In this document: positions 36,972 to 46,401 of the stretch, in pieces
How the letters are laid out: each line of letters begins with the position of its first letter
Numbering within the stretch: the stretch's first letter is position 1
DNA from: a virus
Taxonomy: Duplodnaviria > Caudoviricetes
Length of the DNA: 64,000 nucleotides
Virus record (IMG/VR): IMGVR_UViG_3300020049_016424
Span: 96,001-160,000 of that record
Reading direction: 5' to 3' (one strand)
Notes under the pieces: model-generated
What the model saw: only the letters and a program-made list of their open reading frames with translations
Databases searched by the model: none
What the model was told of the DNA's origin: nothing
Position numbers and translations under genes: made by a program

Positions 36972-39929
36972 GTGGCCAACAAAATCATCACCTTCGACGA
37001 CCACTTCGCTACGGGCGAGCCGACGGTACAGCTCATCAGCACGCCGGGGCGTAATGGACGGATGCTCCGCGAGGCTACGTCGCTGCACAAGACCGCAGCA
37101 GGCAACGATTCGCCCGCGCTCGAATACATCAAGAGCGTGCAGCCGGAAGAGGGCAAGACGACGGTGCTCGTCATCGGCCTCGGAGATCACGAGACGTACG
37201 GCGCGAATCGCAATGGCGACGGATTTCCGAGCGAGCCGGTGCCCGGCAAGATCGCGGCGGACGAGGTGCTGACGAAGCACTACCAGAGCTACGACAACGC
37301 GCACGTCTTCGAGCACCACGTGAACCACGACCCGGCCAAGGCCATTGGCCGGGTGAAGAAGGCGTTCTGGAACCCCCGCATGCGGCGCGTCGAGGTGGTC
37401 GAGGACTTCGACCACAAGAAGGCGCCCCACCTGCTCGAGAAGATCGGTAGCGGGGAATATCCAAGTAAGTCGATGGGATGCGGCAAGGCCGGGACCCAGA
37501 TTCACACGCCGACAGGCCGTGTAGCCATCGAGACCATCGCCGTAGGGGACGAGGTCATCACGCACACGGGTGCGGTGCGGGTCGTCACCGAGCTGCATCG
37601 ACGTGAGTACCGCGGGCTGCTCTACACGATCCACTCCGGCGTGGGTACTTCCACCATGACGCAAGAGCACCCCTACGCGGTGCTTCCCTTTGCCGCCGTC
37701 TGCGCACGCACACCCCACGGTGAGTACAAACGCCGCCCTGTGGCAGAGATCGACACCGCGCATGTGCACTGGACTCCTGCGGAAGACGTACGAGTAGGGG
37801 ACTACCTTCTGACACCGTTCGATACGGCGGTGACGGAGAGCCTGTCTGTCGAGCAATGCCAATTCTTGGGGTACTACGCCGCGGAGGGGAACCTACACTA
37901 TGGCACCAGCCACTCAGTCGTGTTCACGCACCACGTGACAGACACGTTGCGCGAAGAGATGCCCGTCCTAGCGCGCGCACTGGGAGTTCCGAAAGTGAAT
38001 ACCCGTCCGCATGCCGAGTCCGCAGCGGCCATGTACACCGAGGTTCGCAGCAAGGAGCTGGCAGCGCTCTGCAACACGCATGTTGGCCGGCGAGCTCCTG
38101 AGAAGCGGCTGAGCCTGGAGCTCATGCGACAGCCGCGCGAGCAGCAACTCGCGTTCCTCGGCGCCATGATCAACGGAGACGGCGGCACGGACTCCAAAGG
38201 CGATTTTTACATCGCCACCTGCAACCGTAACCTTGCGCACCAGCTTCAAACGGTGGGATTCCGCTGCGGCATCTACTCATGTGTGCACACCATCAACCAC
38301 AAGCCGTCGGTGCTCGTCAAGAAATCGACCGTCGAGTACCGCGTGTGCTTCGCGCGACGGTACTGCGATGTCATCGCACCCTACTGCGCCAAGGTCTCCC
38401 CGCGAATGATGAAGGGGCCCAGCACCGGCCCCCTTCTCGGGGCGGGTTTCGTGATCTCTCGTGTGAAAGAGATCTCACTCGAGCCGTTCGAAGGCCCCGT
38501 CTACAACTTCGAGGTCGAGGGGGACAACTCCTACGTCACGGAGAATCACGCAGTCCACAACTGCAAGATCAAGTACGACACGTGCACGATCTGCGGCAAC
38601 AACGCGCCGACACGCAAGCAGTACTGCGAGCACCTGAAGTACTCGATGGGCAAAGTTCTGCCCGACGGCCGCAAGGTCGCTGCGCTCAACCCCTCCCCAC
38701 GATTCTTCGACTCGTCCTGGGTGTTCCGCCCTGCAGACCGCACGGGCTTCATGTTGAAGAAAGTCGCAGACGCCGTCGAGCTCTGGACTCCGAGCTACGA
38801 GCTCGCCGAGCGCGTCGAAGACCTACGCAGCAAGGCCGCTGCGTTCGGCAAGGCCTCTGCCATCGAAAAAACGATCTCGGGAGACCCGGTCGCGTCGAAT
38901 AGCGGCCTGCCCGGCGGCTCGCTCGGTCTCGTGAAGAAGTACTCAGACACGGCGCCAGAGAAGAAGGTCTCGGGCCCATCTGAGTCTCAAATCAAGGTGA
39001 TGATCGAGTACACGCCGTCTGAAGCGCTCGGCACCGCCGATGCGTGCGGCATGCCGCTCGGCCTCAAGGACTTGATCCAGTTCTTCATGGGCCGCATGGG
39101 CGCAGGCGCGCCGGATGATGCGACGCTCGAGCAAGCCTCGAAGCAGGCCGCCGCGGTGTTCGAGCTCTTCGAGCAGTATCCGCGCTTCTACGACGACGTG
39201 CTCAAGGCGGCAGGCCTCGCGGATGACCTGCGCGTCTCGGAGAAGCTCGCAAACGAACTAGCACCGCAACAGGTGCCAGACGTACGGCTGCGCGACACGC
39301 CGCTGCACCAGTACCGCGGCATCTCGATGCTCGCGCCGCGCGATCAGCGCCCGAACACCGACACGCTCACCTACACATCCCCGCAAGGACAGGCCTACAC
39401 GACGAATCTCGGACGTGCGCGGGAAACCGCGGAGTCGCTCGAGGGCCGCGCCCAGGCTGGAAAGTACCTGCGCGGCGCAGGCTACCTCGGCATGGGCACG
39501 CTCATGGGCGCTGCAGGTCTCGGCAAGCTGATGCTCGGCAAGCGCACCCCCATGAACCGCTTCCTCGGAGGGGGGCTCGCAGGGCTCGGCGTAGCGTCGG
39601 GCCTCAAGGGCATCCACGAAGGGGCCCGTGACGTGCGCATGGGTGACCTCGCAGGACCCAAGGTCATGACCAATGAAGGGGTGCCGATCTCGGCGTATAC
39701 CGAGATGGTTCCGGCCAAGATGGGCTCCTTCGCTCCGGAAATGGCCTACGTCTTGGCGCGGCGGCGCGACGGCGCTTGCGCTACAGTGCCCGAGACGCGT
39801 AAACTCGCGGTGTGCGCTCACATTGCAGAGGCTGAGATCGCAGACAGCGAGAGCCCCGTGCTCGGCCCGACTCTCCAGTTGGAAAAGACAGCGCTCCTCC
39901 TGGAAACCCACATCCTCTCTTGCCTCTGA
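36972..39929 (+). CDS. Prohead maturation protease (intein-containing) with C-terminal extension
   Basis: NRNGDGF, FEHH.N, AIG.V, spliced SMG|CKIKYDTCTICG..CEH, F.DSSWVFRPADRT; upstream of scaffolds and MCP. Confidence 0.75.
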   Translation: MANKIITFDDHFATGEPTVQLISTPGRNGRMLREATSLHKTAAGNDSPALEYIKSVQPEEGKTTVLVIGLGDHETYGANRNGDGFPSEPVPGKIAADEVLTKHYQSYDNAHVFEHHVNHDPAKAIGRVKKAFWNPRMRRVEVVEDFDHKKAPHLLEKIGSGEYPSKSMGCGKAGTQIHTPTGRVAIETIAVGDEVITHTGAVRVVTELHRREYRGLLYTIHSGVGTSTMTQEHPYAVLPFAAVCARTPHGEYKRRPVAEIDTAHVHWTPAEDVRVGDYLLTPFDTAVTESLSVEQCQFLGYYAAEGNLHYGTSHSVVFTHHVTDTLREEMPVLARALGVPKVNTRPHAESAAAMYTEVRSKELAALCNTHVGRRAPEKRLSLELMRQPREQQLAFLGAMINGDGGTDSKGDFYIATCNRNLAHQLQTVGFRCGIYSCVHTINHKPSVLVKKSTVEYRVCFARRYCDVIAPYCAKVSPRMMKGPSTGPLLGAGFVISRVKEISLEPFEGPVYNFEVEGDNSYVTENHAVHNCKIKYDTCTICGNNAPTRKQYCEHLKYSMGKVLPDGRKVAALNPSPRFFDSSWVFRPADRTGFMLKKVADAVELWTPSYELAERVEDLRSKAAAFGKASAIEKTISGDPVASNSGLPGGSLGLVKKYSDTAPEKKVSGPSESQIKVMIEYTPSEALGTADACGMPLGLKDLIQFFMGRMGAGAPDDATLEQASKQAAAVFELFEQYPRFYDDVLKAAGLADDLRVSEKLANELAPQQVPDVRLRDTPLHQYRGISMLAPRDQRPNTDTLTYTSPQGQAYTTNLGRARETAESLEGRAQAGKYLRGAGYLGMGTLMGAAGLGKLMLGKRTPMNRFLGGGLAGLGVASGLKGIHEGARDVRMGDLAGPKVMTNEGVPISAYTEMVPAKMGSFAPEMAYVLARRRDGACATVPETRKLAVCAHIAEAEIADSESPVLGPTLQLEKTALLLETHILSCL
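37479..38561 (+). mobile_element. Intein with LAGLIDADG homing endonuclease (361 aa)
   Basis: Begins CGKAGTQIHT; block B T.EHP; FLGYYAAEG and FLGAMINGDG; VYNFEV...AVHN followed by Cys. Confidence 0.93.
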
Positions 39930-39968
39930 TCCCAAGATCCCCGAAACTCTCTGTGCGGAGAAACAACC

Positions 39969-40556
39969 ATGAGCTCGATCGATCGCCTTTTCGCCCTCCT
40001 GAACGACGATGCCCCGGCAGGCACGGAGAAGACCGCTGCAGCCGCCGCGCCCGTCGCGGCTCCGGCGTCGGTCGATCCGATCCTCGCCACCGTCCAGGCG
40101 CTCACGTCGAAATCGGCGAGTGACGCGGCGGCCTCGGCCCCGGCGGCGCTCCCGTCCCTCGACAAGATGGCCTCCGATCTCGCGGCGGCCGAGACCGACG
40201 CGTTCGTCGCGCAGTCGAAGCTCGCGGGAGCTGCGTTCTGCGACAGCTTCATGGCGCGCCTCAGCGGCTACGACACGCAGATCGGCGCGAAGACGGCGTC
40301 GGCAGTGGCAGTGGCGTCGAACGTCGATCTCGAGAAGATCGCGGCCGCGGCCTACGCCAAGGGCGTCGCCGACTCCGAGAAGCATGCAGCCGACGACTAC
40401 CAGGCTGGCTTCGACGAGACGGTCCAGGAGCTCCACAAGACCGCCGCCGAGATCCACATCGCGGGGCAGCAGTGCGCCGCGCGTGTCCTGTCCGAGATGA
40501 CCAAGGCAGCGTCGGCGTCGGGAGGCGTCCCGACGCGCCCTTTCGTCCGGGTGTGA
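39969..40556 (+). CDS. Putative scaffold/core protein
   Basis: Ala-rich; 9 of 10 Lys are in K-x-A. Confidence 0.75.
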   Translation: MSSIDRLFALLNDDAPAGTEKTAAAAAPVAAPASVDPILATVQALTSKSASDAAASAPAALPSLDKMASDLAAAETDAFVAQSKLAGAAFCDSFMARLSGYDTQIGAKTASAVAVASNVDLEKIAAAAYAKGVADSEKHAADDYQAGFDETVQELHKTAAEIHIAGQQCAARVLSEMTKAASASGGVPTRPFVRV

Positions 40557-41032
40557 AGACAGCGAACCCGTTCGCGGACATCGATCCCGCGGTGCTTCGA
40601 CAGATGTTGGAGGGCAACGAGAAGTCGCTGGCCATGGCCGGTACGGCGCCCGCGGCTCTGTTCTCCCCGCTGGGAGCCATCCGCGGCGCGGGCGCGGCAC
40701 CTGAAGGCGAAGAGGGACAAGGCGCTGTACGCGGGGGTCTCGACTTTCTCGGCGGGGTTGCGGGCGCTGCCGGAGGCTCCGTGCTCGGTTCCCGCGGCGG
40801 TGCCGAACTCGGAAGCCACCTCGGAAGAAGCCGCATGGGTCGCACGGGCGTAGTCCCTGGCATGATCATGGGAAACATCCTCGGCGGAGGTCTTGGCGCG
40901 GGACTTGGGGCGGCTGCGGGCTACCGCGGCACCGACTCGCTGCTCAGCGGCCTCGGCCTCGGCGGCAAGCCGCAGATGGGCCCCTCCGAAGAGGGTTCCG
41001 AAGAGACTCCCCCGAAGTCCCCGCAGGAGTGA
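40553..41032 (+). CDS. Glycine-zipper putative virion protein
   Basis: GTGA overlap start (MKTANPF); extended GxxxG. Confidence 0.65.
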   Translation: MKTANPFADIDPAVLRQMLEGNEKSLAMAGTAPAALFSPLGAIRGAGAAPEGEEGQGAVRGGLDFLGGVAGAAGGSVLGSRGGAELGSHLGRSRMGRTGVVPGMIMGNILGGGLGAGLGAAAGYRGTDSLLSGLGLGGKPQMGPSEEGSEETPPKSPQE

Positions 41033-41035
41033 CCG

Positions 41036-41551
41036 GTGTCCTCGATCATCGACCTCACCAACCAGCTCATCGAATCGGTCCGTGTCTCCACCACAAAGAC
41101 CGCGGCGGCCGTCGAGACGCCTGCTCCTCGCGAGCAGCTCCCGATCGTCACCGCGCTCAAGATGGCGGCCGACGCGCTGCGTCACGATGAGATCTCGGAC
41201 GCGACCCTCTCCGACGTGAAGCTCGCCTTCGAAAAGGCGGCGATGTTCGCGCAGCCGGGCACCGGCGCGCAGTCTCCGAACGCCGGCGGTGGCGTGGGAT
41301 CGGCACAGCCGACTCCGACGCTGCCGGCGCTCAAGACCACGAATCTCGGCGTCACAGCCGGGTCGGGCGGCGCGCCGCTCACCATGAAAGCTGCTTCGGA
41401 AGCGACGCCGCTCGGCGACGCGCTGCGCAAGCTCGCCGCCCAACTTCGAGAAGAAGACGACACGCAGCAGAAAAAAGTTGCGGCAGACGCGGTCTCCATC
41501 TTGAAGGCCGCTACGTCTCTGCGCTATCTTCAGCGAGGAATCGGACAATGA
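41036..41551 (+). CDS. Putative scaffold/core protein
   Basis: 8 of 10 Lys are in K-x-A. Confidence 0.75.
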   Translation: MSSIIDLTNQLIESVRVSTTKTAAAVETPAPREQLPIVTALKMAADALRHDEISDATLSDVKLAFEKAAMFAQPGTGAQSPNAGGGVGSAQPTPTLPALKTTNLGVTAGSGGAPLTMKAASEATPLGDALRKLAAQLREEDDTQQKKVAADAVSILKAATSLRYLQRGIGQ

Positions 41552-41883
41552 CGACCAAGCACGCAGCTCTCGCAGATCTCCTCGACCAGGTGGCCGCGCA
41601 CATCGACGCGACCGAAGGTGCTCGAGCGCGCGAGAAGACCGCGGCACGTCAGGCGAAGGCCTCGGAAGCCGTTTCGGCGTTCGAAGCTGTGAGCGGTGAG
41701 ACGCTCTCGCCGGAACTCCGCTCCAAACTCGCAGGACTCGATGAGGATGTGCTCGCACACCTCACGCGCACCGCAAAGATCACTGGTGGTTCTCCGGACT
41801 CGCTCGGGGGGCCCGCAGACGACAACGACTCAACCACCAAGGTCGCCTACGTGGATCCCATCGTCGCTTTCGCGATGGGCTGA
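41548..41883 (+). CDS. Putative scaffold protein
   Basis: KHAA, KTAA, KLAG, KVAY; directly precedes capsid genes. Confidence 0.7.
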   Translation: MTTKHAALADLLDQVAAHIDATEGARAREKTAARQAKASEAVSAFEAVSGETLSPELRSKLAGLDEDVLAHLTRTAKITGGSPDSLGGPADDNDSTTKVAYVDPIVAFAMG

Positions 41884-41932
41884 ACGTCAGGCACAGCTCC
41901 CCCCGACCCTCTGACTCTGGAGACAAGGAAAC

Positions 41933-42373
41933 ATGACTGCCCTCAACGACAAGTTCGAAGTTCTTCGTGGCTGGCTGCCGGGTGGCGACTCCAACGTCGA
42001 CCAGTCGTTCCCGCCGCGAATCAGCGGTGGCCTCCCGGTCACGCTCCAGCCCGGCCACATCGTCGAGTTCCGCTCGGACGGTACTGTGGACGTGTCGACG
42101 GCGACCGTGGCCATCAAGCCGGTCTACGTCGTCGTCGAAGGCAACAACATCGACAAGGACACCGTCTTCGTCGGTAAGGTCATGTGCCTCCGCGGCAAGC
42201 TGACCATCAAGACCGACAAGCTCGGTGCGGCGCAGTCCTTCCCGGTCGGCGGCGGCCTCACCTTCACCGCGGGCCTCCTCATGGACCTGGCCGGCGGCAC
42301 CCAGCTCGCGGGATTCGTCATCGCGAACAACGTCTCTGTCGACGGAACCATCACCGCCGAGATCGACCTCTGA
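41933..42373 (+). CDS. Putative capsid decoration/cement protein
   Basis: 146 aa beta-rich, immediately upstream of MCP. Confidence 0.6.
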   Translation: MTALNDKFEVLRGWLPGGDSNVDQSFPPRISGGLPVTLQPGHIVEFRSDGTVDVSTATVAIKPVYVVVEGNNIDKDTVFVGKVMCLRGKLTIKTDKLGAAQSFPVGGGLTFTAGLLMDLAGGTQLAGFVIANNVSVDGTITAEIDL

Positions 42374-42421
42374 AGACGGGCCAAGCCTGATCCTTCCCCA
42401 CACACACTGGAGACACCACCC

Positions 42422-43351
42422 ATGCCGTCCGTCCTCAACTACAAGACCGAAACCGAGAAGGTCTCGGCGCAGCAGCTCAACGCCAACTGGGTCCGCAAGA
42501 TCGACGCGGGACAGACCAAGGAGGCCGCGGAAGCGGGCTCTGCGTTCATCCGCACCGAGCTCCGCCAGGAGGCCTCGGTCCGCGAGATCATCACGCCGGT
42601 CACGCTGGCGGACGACGAGCTCGATCGTCGCGACGACACCGACCAGCCGGTCAAGATCGTCGAGAAGGAGCCGAACTCGTCGGCTGTCATCGTGCCGTTC
42701 TACGGCACGGCCGACCGCGGCATCATCCGCGGCCCGCGCTACACGGTGTACTTCGGCAAGGTCGAAAGCACCCGCTGGCGCAAGAGCAAGTTCGAGCTGA
42801 TGACGCAGCAGAACGACATCCGCAAGATCCTCTCCGACAACGCCGTGAAGGACATGGCGAAGCAGGAGGACACGAAGTTCGTCAGCACCCTCGACGCCAT
42901 CTTGGCGGCTGCCCCGACTCAGGTCGTCGGCGCCCCGGCCTGGAACGCGACTGCGTTCAAGCAGGGCCTGCAGAACATGGTCAACCGCAAGGTTCCCATC
43001 GGCAAGATGTACATGACGGACGCGTGCTACCTCAACGCGCTCGACCTTCCGTACGTCGCGATCGGCCAGGCCGCGTCGCGTCAGTACGACGAGGGCCTCT
43101 CGAAGGAGAAGCAGCTCTGGGGCTACCCGGTCGTCTCGACGATCCACAACGACATCGTCACCGGCCACGCGGGATCGACCGATTCGGTCTACATCTTCGC
43201 CCCGGAGACCTGGCTCGGGAACTTCTTCCTGCTCCAGGACGCGACGCTCTACATCGAGCAGAAGGCCGAGATCATCCAGTTCCACGCCTACGAGGCGCTC
43301 GGAATCGGCATCGGCAACACCCGTGGCGTGACCCGCCTCGACATCGCGTGA
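42422..43351 (+). CDS. Major capsid protein (probable HK97 fold)
   Basis: 309 aa; IRTELRQEASVREII, DMAKQEDTKF, LWGYPVVSTI, YEALGIGIGN; synteny protease-scaffold-decoration-MCP. Confidence 0.8.
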   Translation: MPSVLNYKTETEKVSAQQLNANWVRKIDAGQTKEAAEAGSAFIRTELRQEASVREIITPVTLADDELDRRDDTDQPVKIVEKEPNSSAVIVPFYGTADRGIIRGPRYTVYFGKVESTRWRKSKFELMTQQNDIRKILSDNAVKDMAKQEDTKFVSTLDAILAAAPTQVVGAPAWNATAFKQGLQNMVNRKVPIGKMYMTDACYLNALDLPYVAIGQAASRQYDEGLSKEKQLWGYPVVSTIHNDIVTGHAGSTDSVYIFAPETWLGNFFLLQDATLYIEQKAEIIQFHAYEALGIGIGNTRGVTRLDIA

Positions 43352-43356
43352 GCCTG

Positions 43357-43833
43357 ATGTACTGGCTTCGCAACACCACTCCGGGGGTCCTCATGTACCC
43401 CCACCTTCGGGACTCCAGCAATGGAGTGCTCTCGCTGGGCCCTGCAGGTACCCACCTGCAGTGGGTGTGTGTCGCGGAGTCGGTACTCCGGGATGCGCAC
43501 CTTCGGCAGCACCTCGAGCATCGCTCGGTGGTCCCCGACGCGGCCTACGATGCCGAGCGTTCCGAGCGCGATCCCGTAGCAGTGCGAACCGCTTACGAGG
43601 CCGTGTTCGGCGCCATCAGCAACGGCCAGCCGCCCGCAGCCCCGGTCGTCGAGCCGCCTGCGCTGCCCAAGGAACCGGAACCCGTGCCGGAACCCGAAGC
43701 CCCTGCACCCGCCACCGAGCCTGCTGTCTCGGAGGCGCCGTCTCCCGTCGCTGAGGAAGCGCCGGTCGCGAGTGAAGAGGCCCCTGTGTCCGAACCGGAA
43801 CCCGCAGCCCCGACGACGCGCAAGAAGCGCTGA
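43357..43833 (+). CDS. Hypothetical virion protein with P/E/A tail
   Basis: Start set at MYWLRN; follows MCP. Confidence 0.65.
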   Translation: MYWLRNTTPGVLMYPHLRDSSNGVLSLGPAGTHLQWVCVAESVLRDAHLRQHLEHRSVVPDAAYDAERSERDPVAVRTAYEAVFGAISNGQPPAAPVVEPPALPKEPEPVPEPEAPAPATEPAVSEAPSPVAEEAPVASEEAPVSEPEPAAPTTRKKR

Positions 43834-43855
43834 CCTCGAGCTCCCGCCACGAACG

Positions 43856-43885
43856 CAGCCCCTGCCCACCAGCAGGGGCTGTTTT
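43856..43885 (+). terminator. Intrinsic terminator
   Basis: CAGCCCCTGC-loop-GCAGGGGCTG-TTTT. Confidence 0.8.
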
Positions 43886-43913
43886 CGTTCCCCCAGCAGA
43901 GTATGCTGCGGGC

Positions 43914-44489
43914 ATGTCGCAGCGCGTCTCGTGGCTCAAGCCCTTGGGCCCCAACATCATCGCGTTCCGCCTGCAGGTGGGCGACGACGGCCCCACGGGC
44001 CCGTTCCAGGAGCTCCTGACCGTTCTGAACGTGCCGACGAGCCCGCAGTGGGTCGCTGCAGAGAACGTGTTCGCGTACGACGACATCGATGCGCCCTTAC
44101 GCCTCTACCGGCTGCTTTCGGTCGATACCTACGGCAACGCGTACCAAGACCCGGAGCTCGAGCCCTTTGGCCCGAACCTGCCCCCCGTCACGCCTCCGGG
44201 GCAGAACATCGTCCAGCTCGACCAAGACACGGGCGGCACGGACTCACTCCGGTACGTGAAGCCGAATGGCGAGCCGATCTCAGGCGCGGACGTGCGCGTC
44301 TACACGAAGCAGAACTACGACAAGAAGCTGTATTCGCAGGTGCTCGGACTCACCGTCACGAACGCAGACGGGCGCTGGACGACGCCGCTACTCCTTCCGA
44401 CCGGAAACACCTACGTCGTACGGTTCTACATGGCCCCTGTCGAAGAAGTTCCCGGCTGGGGGCCCGACATCGCCGAAGTCGTTCTCTGA
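43914..44489 (+). CDS. Putative virion protein with beta-sandwich (carboxypeptidase-regulatory-like) domain
   Basis: GEPISGADVRVY...TNADGRW...GNTY; TATGCT 6 nt before ATG. Confidence 0.6.
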   Translation: MSQRVSWLKPLGPNIIAFRLQVGDDGPTGPFQELLTVLNVPTSPQWVAAENVFAYDDIDAPLRLYRLLSVDTYGNAYQDPELEPFGPNLPPVTPPGQNIVQLDQDTGGTDSLRYVKPNGEPISGADVRVYTKQNYDKKLYSQVLGLTVTNADGRWTTPLLLPTGNTYVVRFYMAPVEEVPGWGPDIAEVVL

Positions 44490-44567
44490 GATCGTACGGT
44501 TTACAGCACGCAGCCCTCCGCGTAGACTGCGTGTGATTCCCCTCTCTCCTCCCAGGAGTCTCGACCC

Positions 44568-45041
44568 ATGCAGAGCATCACGGCCTACAACATCCGCGCC
44601 ACCCCGACCGCCGTGCTGGGCCTCGGCGTGGTCAACGCAGGCTCGTCCAAGGCTGGCCTCATCCCGGCCGCCATCTTCGACATCGACGCTCTCGCGTATC
44701 GCGATCGCGCGGCGCGCATCGGCATCGTGATCCTCGACGCCAGCGGCGTCGGTGCTCCGACGGGCTACAACTCGGTCACCGGCGTCGAAGCGCTCACCGC
44801 GAGCGACCGCGCGGTCGTCGCATCGACCTCGGGCGCCGACTACGCGCTCACGCTCATGGCAGCGAGCGCGGTCCCGGCGGGGACGATCGTGTACTTCTAC
44901 TTCGCGTCCGGCGCGAACACGGTCACGATCACGCGCGCGGGCGCGGACACCATCGACGGCGGCACCACGCTCGCGCTCGCCACCGGCACTCCCGTGCGGC
45001 GCCTGCAGAGCAACGGCCTCACCGCCTGGGTCTCGGTCTGA
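44568..45041 (+). CDS. Putative virion structural (fibre/appendage) protein
   Basis: C-terminal NTVTITRAGADTIDG...SNG..W resembles phage fibre modules. Confidence 0.55.
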   Translation: MQSITAYNIRATPTAVLGLGVVNAGSSKAGLIPAAIFDIDALAYRDRAARIGIVILDASGVGAPTGYNSVTGVEALTASDRAVVASTSGADYALTLMAASAVPAGTIVYFYFASGANTVTITRAGADTIDGGTTLALATGTPVRRLQSNGLTAWVSV

Positions 45042-45081
45042 GCCACGCGCCCGTCTTCGTCCTCGAGCGCTAGGAGCCTTC

Positions 45082-45561
45082 GTGCCCGTCGTCGGAACAC
45101 CCGCAGTCCCGTCTGCAGTCACCGTCGATCAGGTACGGAGGTTCATGCGCGACTACCCGAACCGCAACATCCTGCTCGACGACGTCGAGTTCACCCAGGA
45201 AGACGTGGAACAGGCGGTCATTTTCGTCACGAGCGCCTACAACGCGATGACGCCGATCTCGAGCATCGACCCCGAGGGCTGGCCTGCGTACCTGCGGTAC
45301 CTACAGCTTCTCGGCATCGCGTGGTACCTCATCAAGAGCGCCACGTTCCTACAGCTGCGCAACCAGGCGACCTACCAGGACGGGGACATCGCGCCTGTCG
45401 GCGTCGATGACAAGTTCAGCCAGTACATGAACCTGTGGCAAGCGCTCAAGGCCGAATGGGACGAAGCGGTGAAGGCCGCCAAGATCCAGATGAACCTTGA
45501 GAGTGGCTATGGATCTCTCGCATCGGGATACCGCAATGTCGCTCGATACCGATATTACTAG
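45082..45561 (+). CDS. Putative head-tail adaptor (neck) protein
   Basis: AGGAG SD, GTG start; VDQVRRFMRD...; position after MCP. Confidence 0.55.
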   Translation: MPVVGTPAVPSAVTVDQVRRFMRDYPNRNILLDDVEFTQEDVEQAVIFVTSAYNAMTPISSIDPEGWPAYLRYLQLLGIAWYLIKSATFLQLRNQATYQDGDIAPVGVDDKFSQYMNLWQALKAEWDEAVKAAKIQMNLESGYGSLASGYRNVARYRYY

Positions 45562-46015
45562 GACGGTACCCGAGTACACCGGCATCACCGAGCTCGGCTC
45601 GGACAATGCATTCCGGGGGCTGCCCGGCGGCCAGGCACGCCGGGTCAGCGCGATCGACCAGGCCTTCGCGAGCAACGAAGCCATTGACCCAGGCTCATCC
45701 ATGCCGGAGTCTTCAAACGTGAACATCGAAAAGCGCGCTGCACGCTCTCCCGCACATCGCGCAGGTGCCGCCGCTGCGCGCGCACGCTTCGGTGTCAAAC
45801 TCGCAGCCGGCATCGGGGGCATCAGCAGCCCTGTCGCGCCGACGACCTCGACCACGACCTACAAGGCCCCCAAGCCCGTGCAGTCCGTCGACCCTCGCAC
45901 GGACAAGCCGCCTGGCCAGAGTCTCACGCAGGGCGTGCAGACCATGAGCTACGGCGCGGACGTGGGCGACTCCTACACCTCCTTCAGCCGCCGACTCCAA
46001 GGAAGCCCCGTATGA
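45536..46015 (+). CDS. Hypothetical virion protein
   Basis: EKRAA, GAAAARARFGVKLAA. Confidence 0.6.
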   Translation: MSLDTDITRTVPEYTGITELGSDNAFRGLPGGQARRVSAIDQAFASNEAIDPGSSMPESSNVNIEKRAARSPAHRAGAAAARARFGVKLAAGIGGISSPVAPTTSTTTYKAPKPVQSVDPRTDKPPGQSLTQGVQTMSYGADVGDSYTSFSRRLQGSPV

Positions 46016-46392
46016 CCTCGATGTACAAGCAGGCAGGCATGGACGCCGCCCTCGACCTCTACGGCCTCTCCGAGCAGGAGAAGGCCGCCTTCGTGCAGGC
46101 GCTTCCGGCGCTCGCGACCGCCGCTCGAGCGGGCTACACCGCGGTCAAGGCCTCTCCGGCGCTCGCCACGGCGGGCCGCGCGCTCGGCATCGCAGGGCGA
46201 CAGGGCGTGAAGGCGCTCGGCGCAGGTGCACAGGCGATGAAGCCTGGGCTGCAGCAAGCGGGGCAAGCACTGAAGCCCGCGATGGGCGCCATGAAGGGCT
46301 TCGGACAGAAGGCGATCGGCGCGCTCAACTCGCCCATGGGCCAAGCTGCGGGAACCGCGGCCATGATCGCTCCCGCACTCACCGGCGCCTGA
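46012..46392 (+). CDS. Small Gly/Ala-rich putative virion cargo protein
   Basis: KQAGMDAALDLYGLSEQEKAAF. Confidence 0.7.
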   Translation: MTSMYKQAGMDAALDLYGLSEQEKAAFVQALPALATAARAGYTAVKASPALATAGRALGIAGRQGVKALGAGAQAMKPGLQQAGQALKPAMGAMKGFGQKAIGALNSPMGQAAGTAAMIAPALTGA

Positions 46393-46401
46393 GGAGGACT
46401 G

